Made by a program: the position numbers and the translations under genes. Under the pieces are notes generated by a model that did not search any database, was not told the DNA's origin, and saw only the letters and a program-made list of their open reading frames with translations. Of a stretch of 64,000 bases of DNA, positions 37,700-50,223 are shown in pieces. Numbering within the stretch: the stretch's first letter is position 1; every line of letters starts with the position of its first letter. The stretch spans positions 33,771,304 to 33,835,303 of the forward strand of contig NC_057720.1 of NCBI RefSeq assembly GCF_004010195.1, given 5' to 3'. This stretch comes from Chiloscyllium plagiosum. Its lineage: Eukaryota.

Positions 37700-38502
37700 T
37701 CTGGATAATTTTGCACATTGTGTGGTAGATGACATAGATGCCAGAGTTGAAGATGTATTGGAACAGCTTGATTAGGAGCGCTGCTAGTTCTGGAGCACAA
37801 GTCTTCAGTATCCTATGGATTGAATTGAATTGGTTGAACATTAACATCTCTGATACTAGGGACCACAGGAGGAAGCTGAGATGGATCATCGACTCAGCAC
37901 TTCTGACTGAACGTAGTGTAAGTACTTCAGACTTGTCTAGTGTACTGATGTAATTGGATTCCCCATCATTGAGAATGGGGTTATTTATAAAGGTTCCCAC
38001 CTCCTGTTAGCTGTTTGTTTGTAGACCCCTGTGCACACTAGAATTGGCCAGACTGAAGAGCTTAGTTATGGATCGTTGGTTGTGGGATGGCTTATATTAT
38101 CTATTGTATGCTGGTTCTGCCATGCAAATAGATCTCCGTTTTAGCTTCACCTAGTTGTCACCTTATTTGTAAGTATGCCTGAAATGCCCTTCTAAACTTT
38201 TCATTGAACCAGTGTTGATCCCTGACTTGATGGTAATAGTGGAGACTGGTTATGCTGGCAGTGAGGTTATAAATTATGATTGAACCCAATTCTGTTGATG
38301 CTTTTGGTCCAAACCCCCCAGTCTTGAGTTGTGAGATCTGTTTGAAATCTGTCCCCTTTAGCACAGTAATAGTACCACATAGAATGATGGATGATATCCA
38401 CAATATGAAGGTGGGACATTATCTCCACAGTGACTATGTGGTGGTTACTCCTACAGATACTATCATGCACAGATGCATGTATACAGATTGCTCAATGAGA
38501 TG

Positions 38503-38882
38503 AGAAGAATGAGAGGGGTGATCTGATTGAGGTATATAAAATGCTCAAGGGATTGATAAGGTGGATGTTAACAGATGCTCCCAATTGTGTGACAATCTTA
38601 GAGAAGACGTCAAAGATATAGAGTAAAAGAAGGTAGGTTTAAAATTGAGATGATGAGAAACTAAGTCTCTCAGAGGGTTGTGAATCTGTGGAACTCACAG
38701 CAGAGGAAGAATCAATCAACAAATGCAAGAAGGAAGTGGATAGGTTTCTGAGGAAAAACAGAATCAAGGGCTGAGGGAGCAGGCAGGAAGTGGAGTTGAG
38801 ACCAGGATAAGATCAGCCATGTTAAATGGTAGAGCGGTCTCGAAGGGCTGAATTGCCATTCTTAATTCCTACGTTCCTATGA
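38503..38882 (+). mobile_element. CR1 3' fragment
   Basis: AGAAGAATGAGAGGGGTGATCTGATTGAGGTATATAAAAT...GGGCTGAAT...TTCCTACGTTCCTATG tail. Confidence 0.75.
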
Positions 38883-40282
38883 TATCATGCAGATTTTGCT
38901 CCTTGTTCGGTCCCTCTCCATCTGCTACAGACCCAGTCGAGCAGTTGTGTCCTTTAGGACTTGACCAATTCAATCAGTAGCATTATTACTGAACCACTCT
39001 TTGTGATAGACATTGACATCCTCCTTCGTGTCTATTTTATGCCCTTAGCACCTTCCATGTTTACTTAAAGTGCATTCAAAATGGAACAATACTGATTTGT
39101 CAGCTGGGGGTGGGGGGGCGGGACAGTGGTGTGGAGGATGGTAGTGGACAGATGGTAATCATCAGGAAGTTTCCTTGCCCATGTTTGACCTCATGCCATG
39201 GGAACTCATGGGGTCCAGTGTCACTGTTAAAGACTCCTAGGGAAACTCCCTCCTGAATATATACCACGGCACTGTCACCTCTGCTGGGTCTATCCTGCTA
39301 CCGGAACAATGTCTGACATATTGCAAGGTATGATTCCATAAGTATGGTTGTGTCAGGCAGTTGCTTGACTATTCTGTAAAACAAATCTCCCAATTTTGAC
39401 ACAAACCCCTGAATATTGGTAAAGGGGACTTTACAGGGTGGACAGAATTATGTCTGTCACTGTCATTTCGGATATTGAGTTCAGTGCTGGGTGGTCTATT
39501 CCATTTAATTTTTGTTTACTGTCCTCAGAGGTTTGATGTAACTGAGTGGTTTGCTAGACCATTTCACAAGGCAACCACATTTCTGTAGGCCTAGAGCCAT
39601 GTGTAGTTCAGACCAGGTAGGGGGTGGCAGATTTCCTTCCTTAAAGGAAGGGGATTAGTTTTTGGGACAGTTGGTAACGGATCAATGATTGTCATTAATT
39701 ATTTTAATTTCAGATATTTATTAAATTCAAATTTCACCATTTGGGATTTGGACACACACCCTGTAATATTAGCATGGATTTCTAGTCCAGTGTCATTGCC
39801 ACTACACCACCATCTCCTCAGCAGTATTTCCATCATTTTCTGTTTTATCTCTGTAGTTAGACATATTTATGTTCACAGCAAATTGCGTAATGATAGGGAT
39901 AAGAGAGTTTTCGCTTTGCAAAGAAGCACTAGAAAGCCAAACAACGGAGCTCAACTGACTGTTTGCTTGTCTCTTTATTTTCATGGACTGGTTCAAATCT
40001 GAAATGTCAAGCAGCTTATTCTTACTGCTTGTTTCTATGGATGACTGCCAGCGAATTAACTATCACGCAATTTGAGTGTTTCAAAACGATCTAATAAAGT
40101 TTTCATGTTCCGGTATCCCCATTGGGATTTGATTAAAACTTTAACTCAGCGATTTAATAGTGTTTTGTCTTGTGTACATGTAGGAGGTGTTAATAGACAA
40201 GTGGAACATTTTGTACCTGGAGTTTCTGTTCGAAGTTTCCATTATGGTCTAAGTGAAAAGTTGTCTATTTTAGAAATGAGGA

Positions 40283-42950
40283 AAACAGGACAAGGAGAAG
40301 GCCATTCAGTCCATCAAGCCTGTTCCACCATTCAATGTGGTGATAATCGATTCTCTATCTCAATGCCATGCTGCCACTCTCTCCCCATTCCTCATGTCTA
40401 GAAATGTATTCCTTTCTTAAATATGCTTAACTGATTTTGCCATCACAGACTTACGTGGTGGATAATTCCACAGATTCACCACCCTCTGAGTAATGAAATT
40501 TCTCCTCATCTCTGTCTGAAATGGCCTACCTTGTATCCTGAGACTGTGACCCCTTATTTTGCACCCCCCCATCCCTTCAGCATCCCCATGTTTCAATGAG
40601 ATCTCCTCTCATTCATCTCAACTCAAGTGAATACAGGCCCAGTTGACCCAATCTCTCCTAATACGATAGTCCTGCCATCCCAGGAATCAATCTGGTGAAC
40701 CTTCAGTGCACTCCTTTAACGGTGAATATATCTTATCCTAGATAAAAGGATCAAATTTGCACAGAATGCTCTAGATGTGGAGTCAAGGCCCTGTGTAGCT
40801 GCAGTTAGCTATTTTTGCTCCTATATTCAAACCGCCTTGCAAAGAAGACCAACAAATCATTAGCTTTCCTTACTGCTTGCTGCACTTACATGCTTATTTT
40901 CAGTGACTGGTGTAAACCCTTCTTACACCAACACTTGCCAATTTTAACACTGTTTAATAATACTCATTTAGTTTTTCCTACTTAAGTAAATAACTTGTCC
41001 ATTTAAATTGCATTGTCCATCCTCAAACATTCACTCACTGTACCACTGATGCACAGTGGCAGCAAGGTGTACCATCTGCAAGATGCACTGCAGAAACTCA
41101 CAAACGTTCTGTAGGAGGTGTGTCCAAACCCCCAACTAGTTCCACCTAATAATAAAAAGGGCAACAGATACATGGAACACTATTTCTTGCAAGTTCTCCT
41201 CCAAGCCTCTCACCATCCTGACTTGGAAATATATTGCCTTTCCTTCACTGTCACTGGGTCAAAATCCTGAACACTCTCCCTATCAACACTGTGGGTGTAC
41301 TTGCAACAAATGGACTGCAGCAGTTCGAGTAGACAACTCACCAACACCTTCTCAGAAGCAAGTAGGGATGGGCACTAAATGCTGGCCCATTCAGCAAAGC
41401 CCACAGCCTGAGAATGAATGAAAATAGAAATAGTCAACTTGTCTGAAGCATATTGAAGCCTCTTTGTGTCCTCCTCATCGCTCCCAGTTTTGTGTTGTGA
41501 GTAAACATTGAAGCATTACATTTGGTTCCCTCATCTAAAATGAATTCTTCAGACCAACTTATTTTGACAATTTTAGGTCTGCTAAAGTATTTTCAATCAT
41601 GTCAGTAAATTATCCAAAATCCCATGTGCTGTAATCTTACACACTAACCTCTTGTTTGGGACTTTACTAAAAGCTATCTGGAAATTCATTATCAGACATG
41701 CCCATTATTAACTTTGACTCCCATTAATTTTTTCAGCAATACTAATTTCATTCAATTCTTCCTTTCTCTATACCCTTAATTCACTCACATTTCTTTGTTC
41801 TTCTTTCCTGAAGACAGAACTAAAGTAGTTTTTCAATTGCCTTGTCATTTCCATGTTCTTGATGATCAGTTCTCCCATTTCAGACAATAAGTGGTGTTCA
41901 GTTTTCCTTACGAAACATTTTTTTTCTTTTTACATACTTACAGAAGCTTCTACAGCCACTCCAATGTTCCTGGCAAATTTACTGTTGTACTCAATTCTTC
42001 CTATTTAAATCAATCTCCTGTTCTGCCTTTGCCAAATTCTAAACTATTCCCAATCCTTAGGCTTGCTACGTTTTTCTAGTAACTTTATTTGATTCCTGGT
42101 AGGATCTAATACTCTCCTTAATTTTTATTGCTAGCCATGGTTGGGTCAATTTGCCTGTTGTGGTAACAAATGTATAACTGTTGCAATGCATGCATTTGCT
42201 CTTTAAATATTAACTATTACCTGCACATAGTCATGCATTCTAATGTTTTTCCTCGCTCCCAAAATTCTGCTTGCAGGACCACGTTCCTTTTTAACAATGC
42301 TGTTACCTTTCCAACAATGAAAGCAGAACCACTGTTAGAAGAGGGGATGGACCTAGGGTACTCTGCACTGCCGACTGCTTTTACACAGCCTGGTGGTCAC
42401 CATTTTCTTTTTGTCCTGCGCTCTCTTCACTTGTGGCATGACCACCTCACTGTTTGTGCTACTATGAAGGTCTCATTCGAGTGGATTCTCCATAGCGAAT
42501 ACAGTTACTGCTTCAAATGCAAAGCAGAGATTTTGGGTAGCTGCAGCTGGAGGCTTCTCCTGCATACATGAGAACCCTGGACCCAAAGAGTTTGATTTCC
42601 CACATCACACAGAAGGGAATATCCAGTGTGACCATGCTTCCTGGGCATGACTTACCCATAAATGACACCTTGTATTTTACTTCCTCGAGTTTAAACAATA
42701 TTGAATATATAACAACCACTTTATTCAGAGGAGTCTCGTGGTACAGTGGCACTGTAATTGACTCTGGGTTAGAAGGTCTAGGTTCAAGTCCCAACTGCCC
42801 TGGAGGTGTGTCATAATATGTCTGAGCATGTTGACTGAAAAATATAACAGTACTTTATACTAGTACTTTGACTTATGACTTAACTTTATGTAAAGAACAA
42901 CATTAGCTGTTCAACAATCAAATCAACTCATAGCTTTCCTGTGATGTCAC
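40283..42950 (-). mobile_element. Old CR1 with internal deletions and ORF1 remnant; contains an inserted plus-strand CR1-like tail (41030-41425)
   Basis: 3' end at 40283-41030; RT remnants 41430-42250; CVMWEI...C..LQ (CR1 ORF1 zinc-finger/leucine-zipper start) near 42540-42620. Confidence 0.6.
42733..42843 (+). mobile_element. Short tRNA-derived SINE (~110 bp; related copies at 47530-47640 and 58816-58927)
   Basis: A box TGGTACAGTGG, B box GGTTCAAGTCC, shared 3' part CATAA.A..TCTGA.CA.GTTGA.T.GAAAA. Confidence 0.65.
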
Positions 42951-43550
42951 ATTTGGATTTATTTTTAAACTCAGTACAGTAAGTGCTGAGCTGTTCCTCT
43001 CCCTGACTGCTGGTGAGTGAAGGCCTGAAGTTTTGATTTTTAGCCTCTGTCCAGAAAGGCTACACCCAGATCGGATTCTGTTCAGTGTTCCTCTCACTGG
43101 TTATAGATTTCAGTTGTAGAGGATGGAAGGAGGCTTTGGCTCAGTGTGAAGTAGCCAGTAATGAATCAGCAGACTGATGTAAATGGGAACAAACATTTGA
43201 AATGGTGGAAATGGATTTGGTCTGATTCACGAGAGGCACATTTAGTATATTTGTGCAAGACCAATCACCCCCACAGATTGGTTTGTATTGCCCAGTTTAA
43301 TGGGAAGAAATGAATAAAATGGCAGGATTGAATGAAGGTCTGCCCAAATTAATTGTATTTACAAGCTGTAATTTTAAGTATATATTCTGGTGTATTGTCC
43401 AAAACAATTGCAAGCAGTAAAGCCCCAAAGTTCCCTTGCCAGCACCTTCCAAGCTCTCACCTTCTACTGTCTGGAAGGACGAGGCCTGTAGATGCACGTA
43501 AACCCCACTGCATGCAAGTTCCCCATCACAACTCACACCATCCTGATTTA

Positions 43551-45160
43551 CATAAGAACTAGGAGCAGGGGTAGGCCTTCTGGCCTTTTAATCATGCTCT
43601 GCCATTCAATAAGATCATGGCTGATCTTTTTGTGGCCTCAGCTCCACTTACCCACCCTCTCATTGTGACCCTTAATTCCATTATTATTCAGGAAAATGTC
43701 TACTTAGCTTTAAAAACATTTTCTGAAGTAGCATCAACCACTTCACTGGGCAGGGAGTTCCGTAGATTAACAGTCCTCTGGCTGAAGAAGTTCCTGCTCA
43801 ATTCGGTCCTAAACCTGCTCCCCTAATTTTAAGGCTATACCCTCTTGTGCTAGTTTCACCCGCCAGTGGAAACGTCCCCTCCGCATCTATTTTATGGATT
43901 TCCTTCATAATTTTATATGTTTCTAGGAGATCCCCCCTCATTCTTCTAAATTCCAATGAATATAATTCCAGTCTACTCAGTTTCTCCTCATAAGCCAGCC
44001 CACTCAACTCTGGAATCAACCAAGTGAACCTCCTCTGCACCCCCTCCAGTGCCAGTACATCCTTTCTCAAGTAAGGAGACAAAAACTGCATGCAATATTC
44101 CAAGTGTGGCCTCACCAGCACCCTATACAGCTGCAACATAACCTCCCTGCTTTTAAACTCAATCCCTTTAATAATGAAGGACAAAATTCCATTTACTTAC
44201 TTAATTACCTGTTGCACCTGCAGACCAACCCTCTATGATTCATGCACAAGGACACCAGGTCTCTCCGCATAGCAGCATGCTGCAACGTTTTACCATTCAG
44301 GTTGGATGATTTATTAACATTGTATTCCACCTGCCAGACCTTTGCCCATTCACTTAAAATTTCTATGTTCCTCTGCAAAGTTTCATAGTCCTATGCACAC
44401 TTTGCTCTACTACTGATTTTAGTGTCATCTGCAACTTTGACACACTACACATGCTTCCCAACTCCAAGTCATCTATGTAAATTGGGAATACTTGCAGTCC
44501 CAACATTGACCCCTGAGGAATACCACTAGTTATTGATTGCCAACCAGAATAGCGTTCATTTATCCCCACTCTGTTTCCTGTCCTCTACCCATGCTAATAC
44601 TTTACCCGTTACACCATGCATCTTTATCTTATGCAGCAGCCTCTTGTGCGGCATCTTGTCGAAGGCCTTTTGGAAATCTAGGTATACCACATCCACTGAG
44701 TCTCCATTGTCCAGGTAATGTCTTCTTAGAATTCCAAAAGATTAGTTAAGTGTGACCTGCCCTTCATGAACCCATGCTGCGCCTGCCCAATTGGACAATT
44801 TCTATCTAGATGCCTTGCTATTTCTTCTTTGATAATAGACTCAAGCATCTTCACCATTACAGAAGTTAAGCTAACTGGTCTGTAATTCCTCATTTTTTTT
44901 CTCTAATGCCCTTTTTATACAGTGGTGTCAAATTTGCTGTTTTCCAATCTGCTGGAACTGCCCCAAAGTCCAGTGAATTTTGGAAAATTACCACAAGTGC
45001 ACTTGCTATTTCTCTTGCCATCTCTTTCAGTAACCTGGGATGCATTCCACCAGGGCCAGGAGATTTGTCTATGCTTAGCTCCATCAGCTTGCCCAACACT
45101 CCCTGTTCAATGATAATGATTGTTTCCAGGCCCTTACCTATCTTTGTCTCCTTGTCAGTT
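43551..45160 (-). mobile_element. CR1 LINE RT + 3'UTR, inserted into an older CR1-like tail (43430-43550 / 45161-45290)
   Basis: ORFs 43798-44184 (LYRVLVRPHLEYC), 44363-44569 (SGIPQGSMLG...YIDDL), 44890-45099 (KSPGPGGMHPRLLKE...DWKTANLTPLYKKG). Confidence 0.9.
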
Positions 45161-45938
45161 TGGAATTGTTTTGCTTTCCTTCAGTTTTTGGCTCAAGATC
45201 TTGGAACTCTCTCCCTGACAGAATTGTGGGTATCCCTGCATGCCAAGGACTGCCACAATTCAGAAAAGCAGCTCACTACCATCTTCTCTCATCCTTTGAA
45301 TTGAAGGCTAGTTTAAATCAAATATTCTATAAGAAAAATTACAAAAATAATTTAAATTGTAAGCTTGTCATACTGTACTTAACTCCTTTTAAAAATATAT
45401 AGATCATTCGCTACTTGTATTTGATGCACAACAACAAAACATACTGAGTGGAATTGTGTGCTGTGTTTAAAAAAAGTGACAGCTGACCTGAACCTATCTC
45501 CTTCCAAGCTGGTGAGTGAGATTAAAATGACCCCAATAGATTAGGGTGACACAAAGAACTTCTCAAGCTTTTAAACTTTTAGATTTTTACTTGTGATAAC
45601 CACTAGACAACAAATATACTTTCTAAACTGCTGCCTTATGTTGGATAGTTTGTTCTTCAGACTGGAATGCTTTGTTCACTGGCCCCATGATAAAATACAG
45701 AGTAGCAAATAAATTAAAGCAATGGAAGTAATATTTCAGATATGAATCAATAGAAGTGGACACAAAAACACCAAGCCAAAAATATAGCTTTGAGAATTAA
45801 CACTTCTATGAGAATTGTGTTGTGACTGCATTGTGACAATTAGATGAAAATTTCCATCAGGAACTGGCTCTCTGACCAGTTATGTACTTTGCTCCATACA
45901 ATGCAGAAGGCTTGAAAGAGCCATGGATACGTAGTACA

Positions 45939-46033
45939 CTGAAGAAAGGTTGCTGGACCCAAAATGTTAACTCTGCTTTCTCTCCAATGATACTGCCGAT
46001 CCTGTTGAGTTTCTCCAACAATTTCTGTTTTTT
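45939..46033 (+). mobile_element. Penelope pLTR fragment (family D; related remnants at ~14120-14195, ~35270-35380, ~58300-58350)
   Basis: CTGAAGAAAGGTTGCTGGACCCAAAATGTTAACTCTGCTTTCTCTCCA: decayed hammerhead followed by pLTR tail. Confidence 0.55.
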
Positions 46034-46948
46034 TGTTGATAATAATACACTGCTTCTTAACCATTTGCAGAATTGGCAACTGATTAATATGTTGTTTAAA
46101 ATCCGTATTAAGTGGTTTTTGTCAAAGTTCGTTCTATGTCTTCATTTACTTGGTAACGCAAGCTTGTCTTTAAGAATGTTTCCCTTTTGACCGGAAACTA
46201 AGGAGCTACTATAGGAAATATAATGAAAACAAAATGTTTTTATGAAACCCTTGCCCAATTCTGTCACTCTCCTCATTGACTACATAAACAGCAGCAGCTG
46301 CTGAACCTGGAGAAATGCTAGAGGGTGTTTACTAATTATCTATATCGTTGCATGTTCATTGGCTTCATACGATGGAATCTCACACCCAGAGTTCAACTAA
46401 AGAAGTCTCCGAGAATATGGTTTTCTAAATTTGTCACTTGTCAACCCATTCCTGAATGTTACCCAAGTCTTGGTGATGCATATGGATATGGTCTGCTTCA
46501 ACGTCTGGGGAGTTGTGAATATGCTGAACACTGCAATTGTTGCTGACCATCCATATTTCAGAGGGAAAGGCCATTGATAGATTTTTTTTTAAATGTGATC
46601 TGTCTGGAGTTCTTTGTTTATAGGGTATCATTTTGTACAGGTAATGGACCCTTTCGGGTAAGTCCAGCATTGAAACAAACCGAAGGATTTGTTTCTGTGC
46701 TGCGCATCTATGACTCTAAGTGTAACCTAGAACTCTGTGGAAAGGTAGGGAAGTGATTGCAGGGCGCCCTTGCTGAGATATTAATAAAATATCAGAGTTT
46801 GCTGTTTCATTCTCTCTGTTGACATAAGCCTGAGAGTTTTCATTGTAGGATTAGAGCTGCATGACTGATTTATCCTAATGGGATGCTTGTTAGCTCGCAG
46901 TTTGATTGACAGCTCTGAAAGATTATAAGCATTTGAAGTATGACTATG

Positions 46949-47042
46949 TCCTGAAGAAGGGCTTATGCCCGAAATGTCGATTCTCCTGCTCCTTGGATGC
47001 TGCCTGGCCTGCTGTGTTTTTCCAGCACCACACTTTTCAACT
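46949..47042 (+). mobile_element. Penelope pLTR fragment (family A) with hammerhead motif
   Basis: TCCTGAAGAAGGGCTTATGCCCGAAATGTCGATTCTCCTGCTCC. Confidence 0.75.
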
Positions 47043-47740
47043 ATGAATACAAATGCTTGTTTTATAACAGGTTGAGTAGTTGAGGTATTCACATATATTG
47101 AACGGGCTTTCATAAAAGAACATTTTTCCAAAATAAAGTCTGCAATAGTCACTTAGAATTTAACTTTATTTCATCTCAGTATGACTCGTTAGGTGTTTAC
47201 AGAGTGTAAGGGCAAAGGGTGGGGTTATAGGTTGGTATGAATTCGCACTAAGTTGGCAACAAAATGACAGGTGCAGTATAATGTGGAAAATATGGGGTAA
47301 TCTACTTTAGTAAAAAGAATTGATATGCAGCGTATTTCTTGAGTGGTAAACGACCAAAAAATGTAGATGTACAAAAGTATCAAGGTGTCCTCTTCAACAA
47401 TTTGCTGAAGGTTAACACAGGTGCAGAAAACAATGAGGAAGGTTGATTATATGTTAGCTTTTATTGCAGGATAACTTAAGTACAGATATAGCAAAATCTG
47501 TCTTTAGCTGTATAGAATCCTGGTGTACTGTTGCAGTGTCGTACTAATGTCCCTGTCTCTGAGCCAGGAGTCCTAGGTTCAAGTCCCACCTGCTACCCAG
47601 ATTTGTTGTGATACTTTGAAACAGCTTGATCAGAGAAAAAAAATTGTAAATCCTTGGGGAGTTGGGAATCAGGTTAGGTTTAGGCAGAGTTTTTTTTAGA
47701 AAAGAGAGGAAGCTACTTAGAACTGAGATGAGCCGGAGAG

Positions 47741-48995
47741 TCAGTAGAGATATACAGCATGGAAATGAATCCTTCGGTCCAACTCATTAAGCCAACCAGA
47801 TGTCCTAAATTAACCTAGTCCCACTTGTCAGCATTTGGCTCATAACCCTCGAAACCCTTACTATTCATAGATCCATCCAGATGCCTTTTAAATGCTGTAA
47901 TTGTACCAGCCTCCACCGCTTCCTCTGGCAGCTCATTCCATACACACATCATCCACTGCATGAATAAAGTTGTCCCTTAGGTCCCTTTTAAATCTTTTCC
48001 CCCCTCACCGTAAACCTATTCCCTCTAGTTTTGGTCAGGCTCACCAGTCTATAGTTCCCTGGCTTTTTCTCACCACCTTTCTTAAATGGTAGCACCACGT
48101 TAGCCAACCTGCAGTTTTCTGGCATCTCACCTGTGACTATCAATTTATTAATATCTCAGCAAGGGGGCCCAGCAATCACTTCCCTGCCTTTCCACAGAGT
48201 TCTAGGCTACACTTAGAGTCATAGAGATGCACAGCACAGAAACAGACCCTTCGGTTTATTTCAATGCTGACCAGATATCCTAATGTCATCTCGTCCCATT
48301 TGTCAGCACTTGGCCCATATCCCTCTAAATCCCTCATATTCATATACTCATCCAGGTGTCTTTTAAATGTTGTAATTGTAGAAGCCTTCGCCACTTCCTC
48401 TAGCAGCTCAAACCATGCACGCACCACCCTTTGTGAAAACGTTGCCCCTTAGGTACTTTTCAAATCTTACCCCTCTCACCGTAAACATATGCCCTCTAGT
48501 TCTGGACTCACCCCAACCCAAGGAAAAGACCTTGTGTATTTACCCTATACATGTCCCTCATGATTTTATAAACCTCTACAAGGTCACCCCTCAGCCTCTG
48601 ATAATCCAGGGAAAACAACTGAGCAGATAAAAAAAAAAGCAGTGATCAGGTCCTAGGGAGTTATCAATCTTTATGCATTTTAAGACTTCCAGCTCCACCA
48701 CGTCTGTAATATGGACATTTTTGAAGATGTCACTGTTTATTTCCCCACGCTCTATATCTTCCTTACCCTTCTCCACAGTAAACACTGATGCAAAATACTC
48801 ATTTAGTACCTCCACCATCTCCTGCAGTTCCACACATCGGGGGCCTTGCTGATCTTTAAGGGACCGTATTCTTCCTCTAGTTACCCTTTTGTCATTAATG
48901 CATTTGGACAATCCCTTTAGATTCTCCTTAACCGTATTTGCCAAAGCTATCTCATGTCCCCTTTTTGCACTCCTGATTTCCCTCTTTAGTATACT
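47741..48995 (-). mobile_element. Mosaic of CR1 (HER1-type) pieces with two 3' tails
   Basis: Tails at 47741-48032 and 48213-48620 alternate with internal ORF2 pieces (ORF 48591-49016: REIRSAKRGHE...LNEYFASVFTVE). Confidence 0.8.
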
Positions 48996-49068
48996 AAGGA
49001 GAAATATTTTTACCAAGAGGGTTGGGAATTTGTGGAATTCCTACCCTGGACAGTTGTGGAAATGCCAA

Positions 49069-50223
49069 GATTAGAGTAGTGCTGGAAAAACACTGCAGGT
49101 CAGGCAGCATCTGAGGAGCAGGAAAATTGACATTTCAGGCAAAAGCCTTTTCCTGCTCCTCGGATGCTGCCTGACCTGTAGTGTTTTTCCAGCACCTGGA
49201 CAGTCTCAGATTCCTCCCTCCCCTTCCTCGACCTTTCTATTTCCATCTCAGGCGACCGAATCAACACGGACATCTACTGCAAACCGACCGACTCCCACAG
49301 CTACCTGGACTACACCTCCTCCCATCCTGCCCCCTGTAAAAACGCCATCCCATTCTCCCAATTCCTTCGACTCCGCCGCATCTGCTCCCAGGAGGACCAG
49401 TACCAAAANNNNNNNNNNNNNNNNNNNNNNNNNNNNNNNNNNNNNNNNNNNNNNNNNNNNNNNNNNNNNNNNNNNNNNNNNNNNNNNNNNNNNNNNNNNN
49501 NNNNNNNNNNNNNNNNNNNNNNNNNNNNNNNNNNNNNNNNNNNNNNNNNNNNNNNNNNNNNNNNNNNNNNNNNNNNNNNNNNNNNNNNNNNNNNNNNNNN
49601 NNNNNNNNNNNNNNNNNNNNNNNNNNNNNNNNNNNNNNNNNNNNNNNNNNNNNNNNNNNNNNNNNNNNNNNNNNNNNNNNNNNNNNNNNNNNNNNNNNNN
49701 NNNNNNNNNNNNNNNNNNNNNNNNNNNNNNNNNNNNNNNNNNNNNNNNNNNNNNNNNNNNNNNNNNNNNNNNNNNNNNNNNNNNNNNNNNNNNAGGTCTT
49801 TGGACTCTTCCATCGTCAGACCACAGCGAAACGATGGTTGGAGGAAGAACGCCTCATCTTCCGGCTAGGAATCCTCCAACCACAAGGGATGAACTCGGGT
49901 TTCACCAGTTTCCTCATTTCCCCTCCTCCCAGCCTGTCTCAGTCAAATCCATCAAATTCAGCACCGCCTTCCTAACCTGCAATCTTCTTCCCGACCTCTC
50001 CGCCCCCACCCCAGTCTGACCTATCACCCTCACCTTGACCTCTTTCCACCTATCACATTTCCGACGCCCCTCTCCCAAGTCCCTCCTCCCTACCTTTTAT
50101 CTTAGCCTGCTGGACAAACTTTCCCCATTCCTGAAGAAGAGCTTATGCCCGAAACGTCGATTCTTCTGTTCCCTGGATGCTGCCTGACCTGCTGCGCTTT
50201 TCCAGCAACACATTTCCAGCTCA
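49069..50223 (+). mobile_element. Penelope-like element (family A) with inverted 5' pLTR, spanning an assembly gap, inserted in a CR1 tail (48996-49068 / 50224-50366)
   Basis: Hairpin 49075-49196; LPFLDLSISISG...TDIYCKPTDSHSYLDY...KNAIPFSQFLRLRRICS; LEEERLIFRL; pLTR hammerhead motif at 50127-50162. Confidence 0.85.

Larger units (their letters stand above)
35385..39816 (-). mobile_element. Old near-full-length CR1-like LINE (APE + RT, no ORF1 seen) with tRNA-like 5' head; interrupted by younger CR1s
   Basis: RT GVPQGSVLGSTTFSYFINDFP...IFSDDC (36160-36492), LKTCAPELAA (~37800); APE N-terminus NIQGFVSKLGDL...RIVKQLPD...ESYL and GPHE..WHEVKHGQGN (39170-39440); A/B-box head at 39740-39816. Confidence 0.75.

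Noticed and set aside
40183..40250. Possible plus-strand exon after TGTACATGTAG
   Set aside because: Weak splice sites and no recognisable peptide in any frame.
49310..49813. Long ORFs spanning N runs (also 60055-60786 and 20128-20781)
   Set aside because: Artefacts of assembly gaps translated as X.
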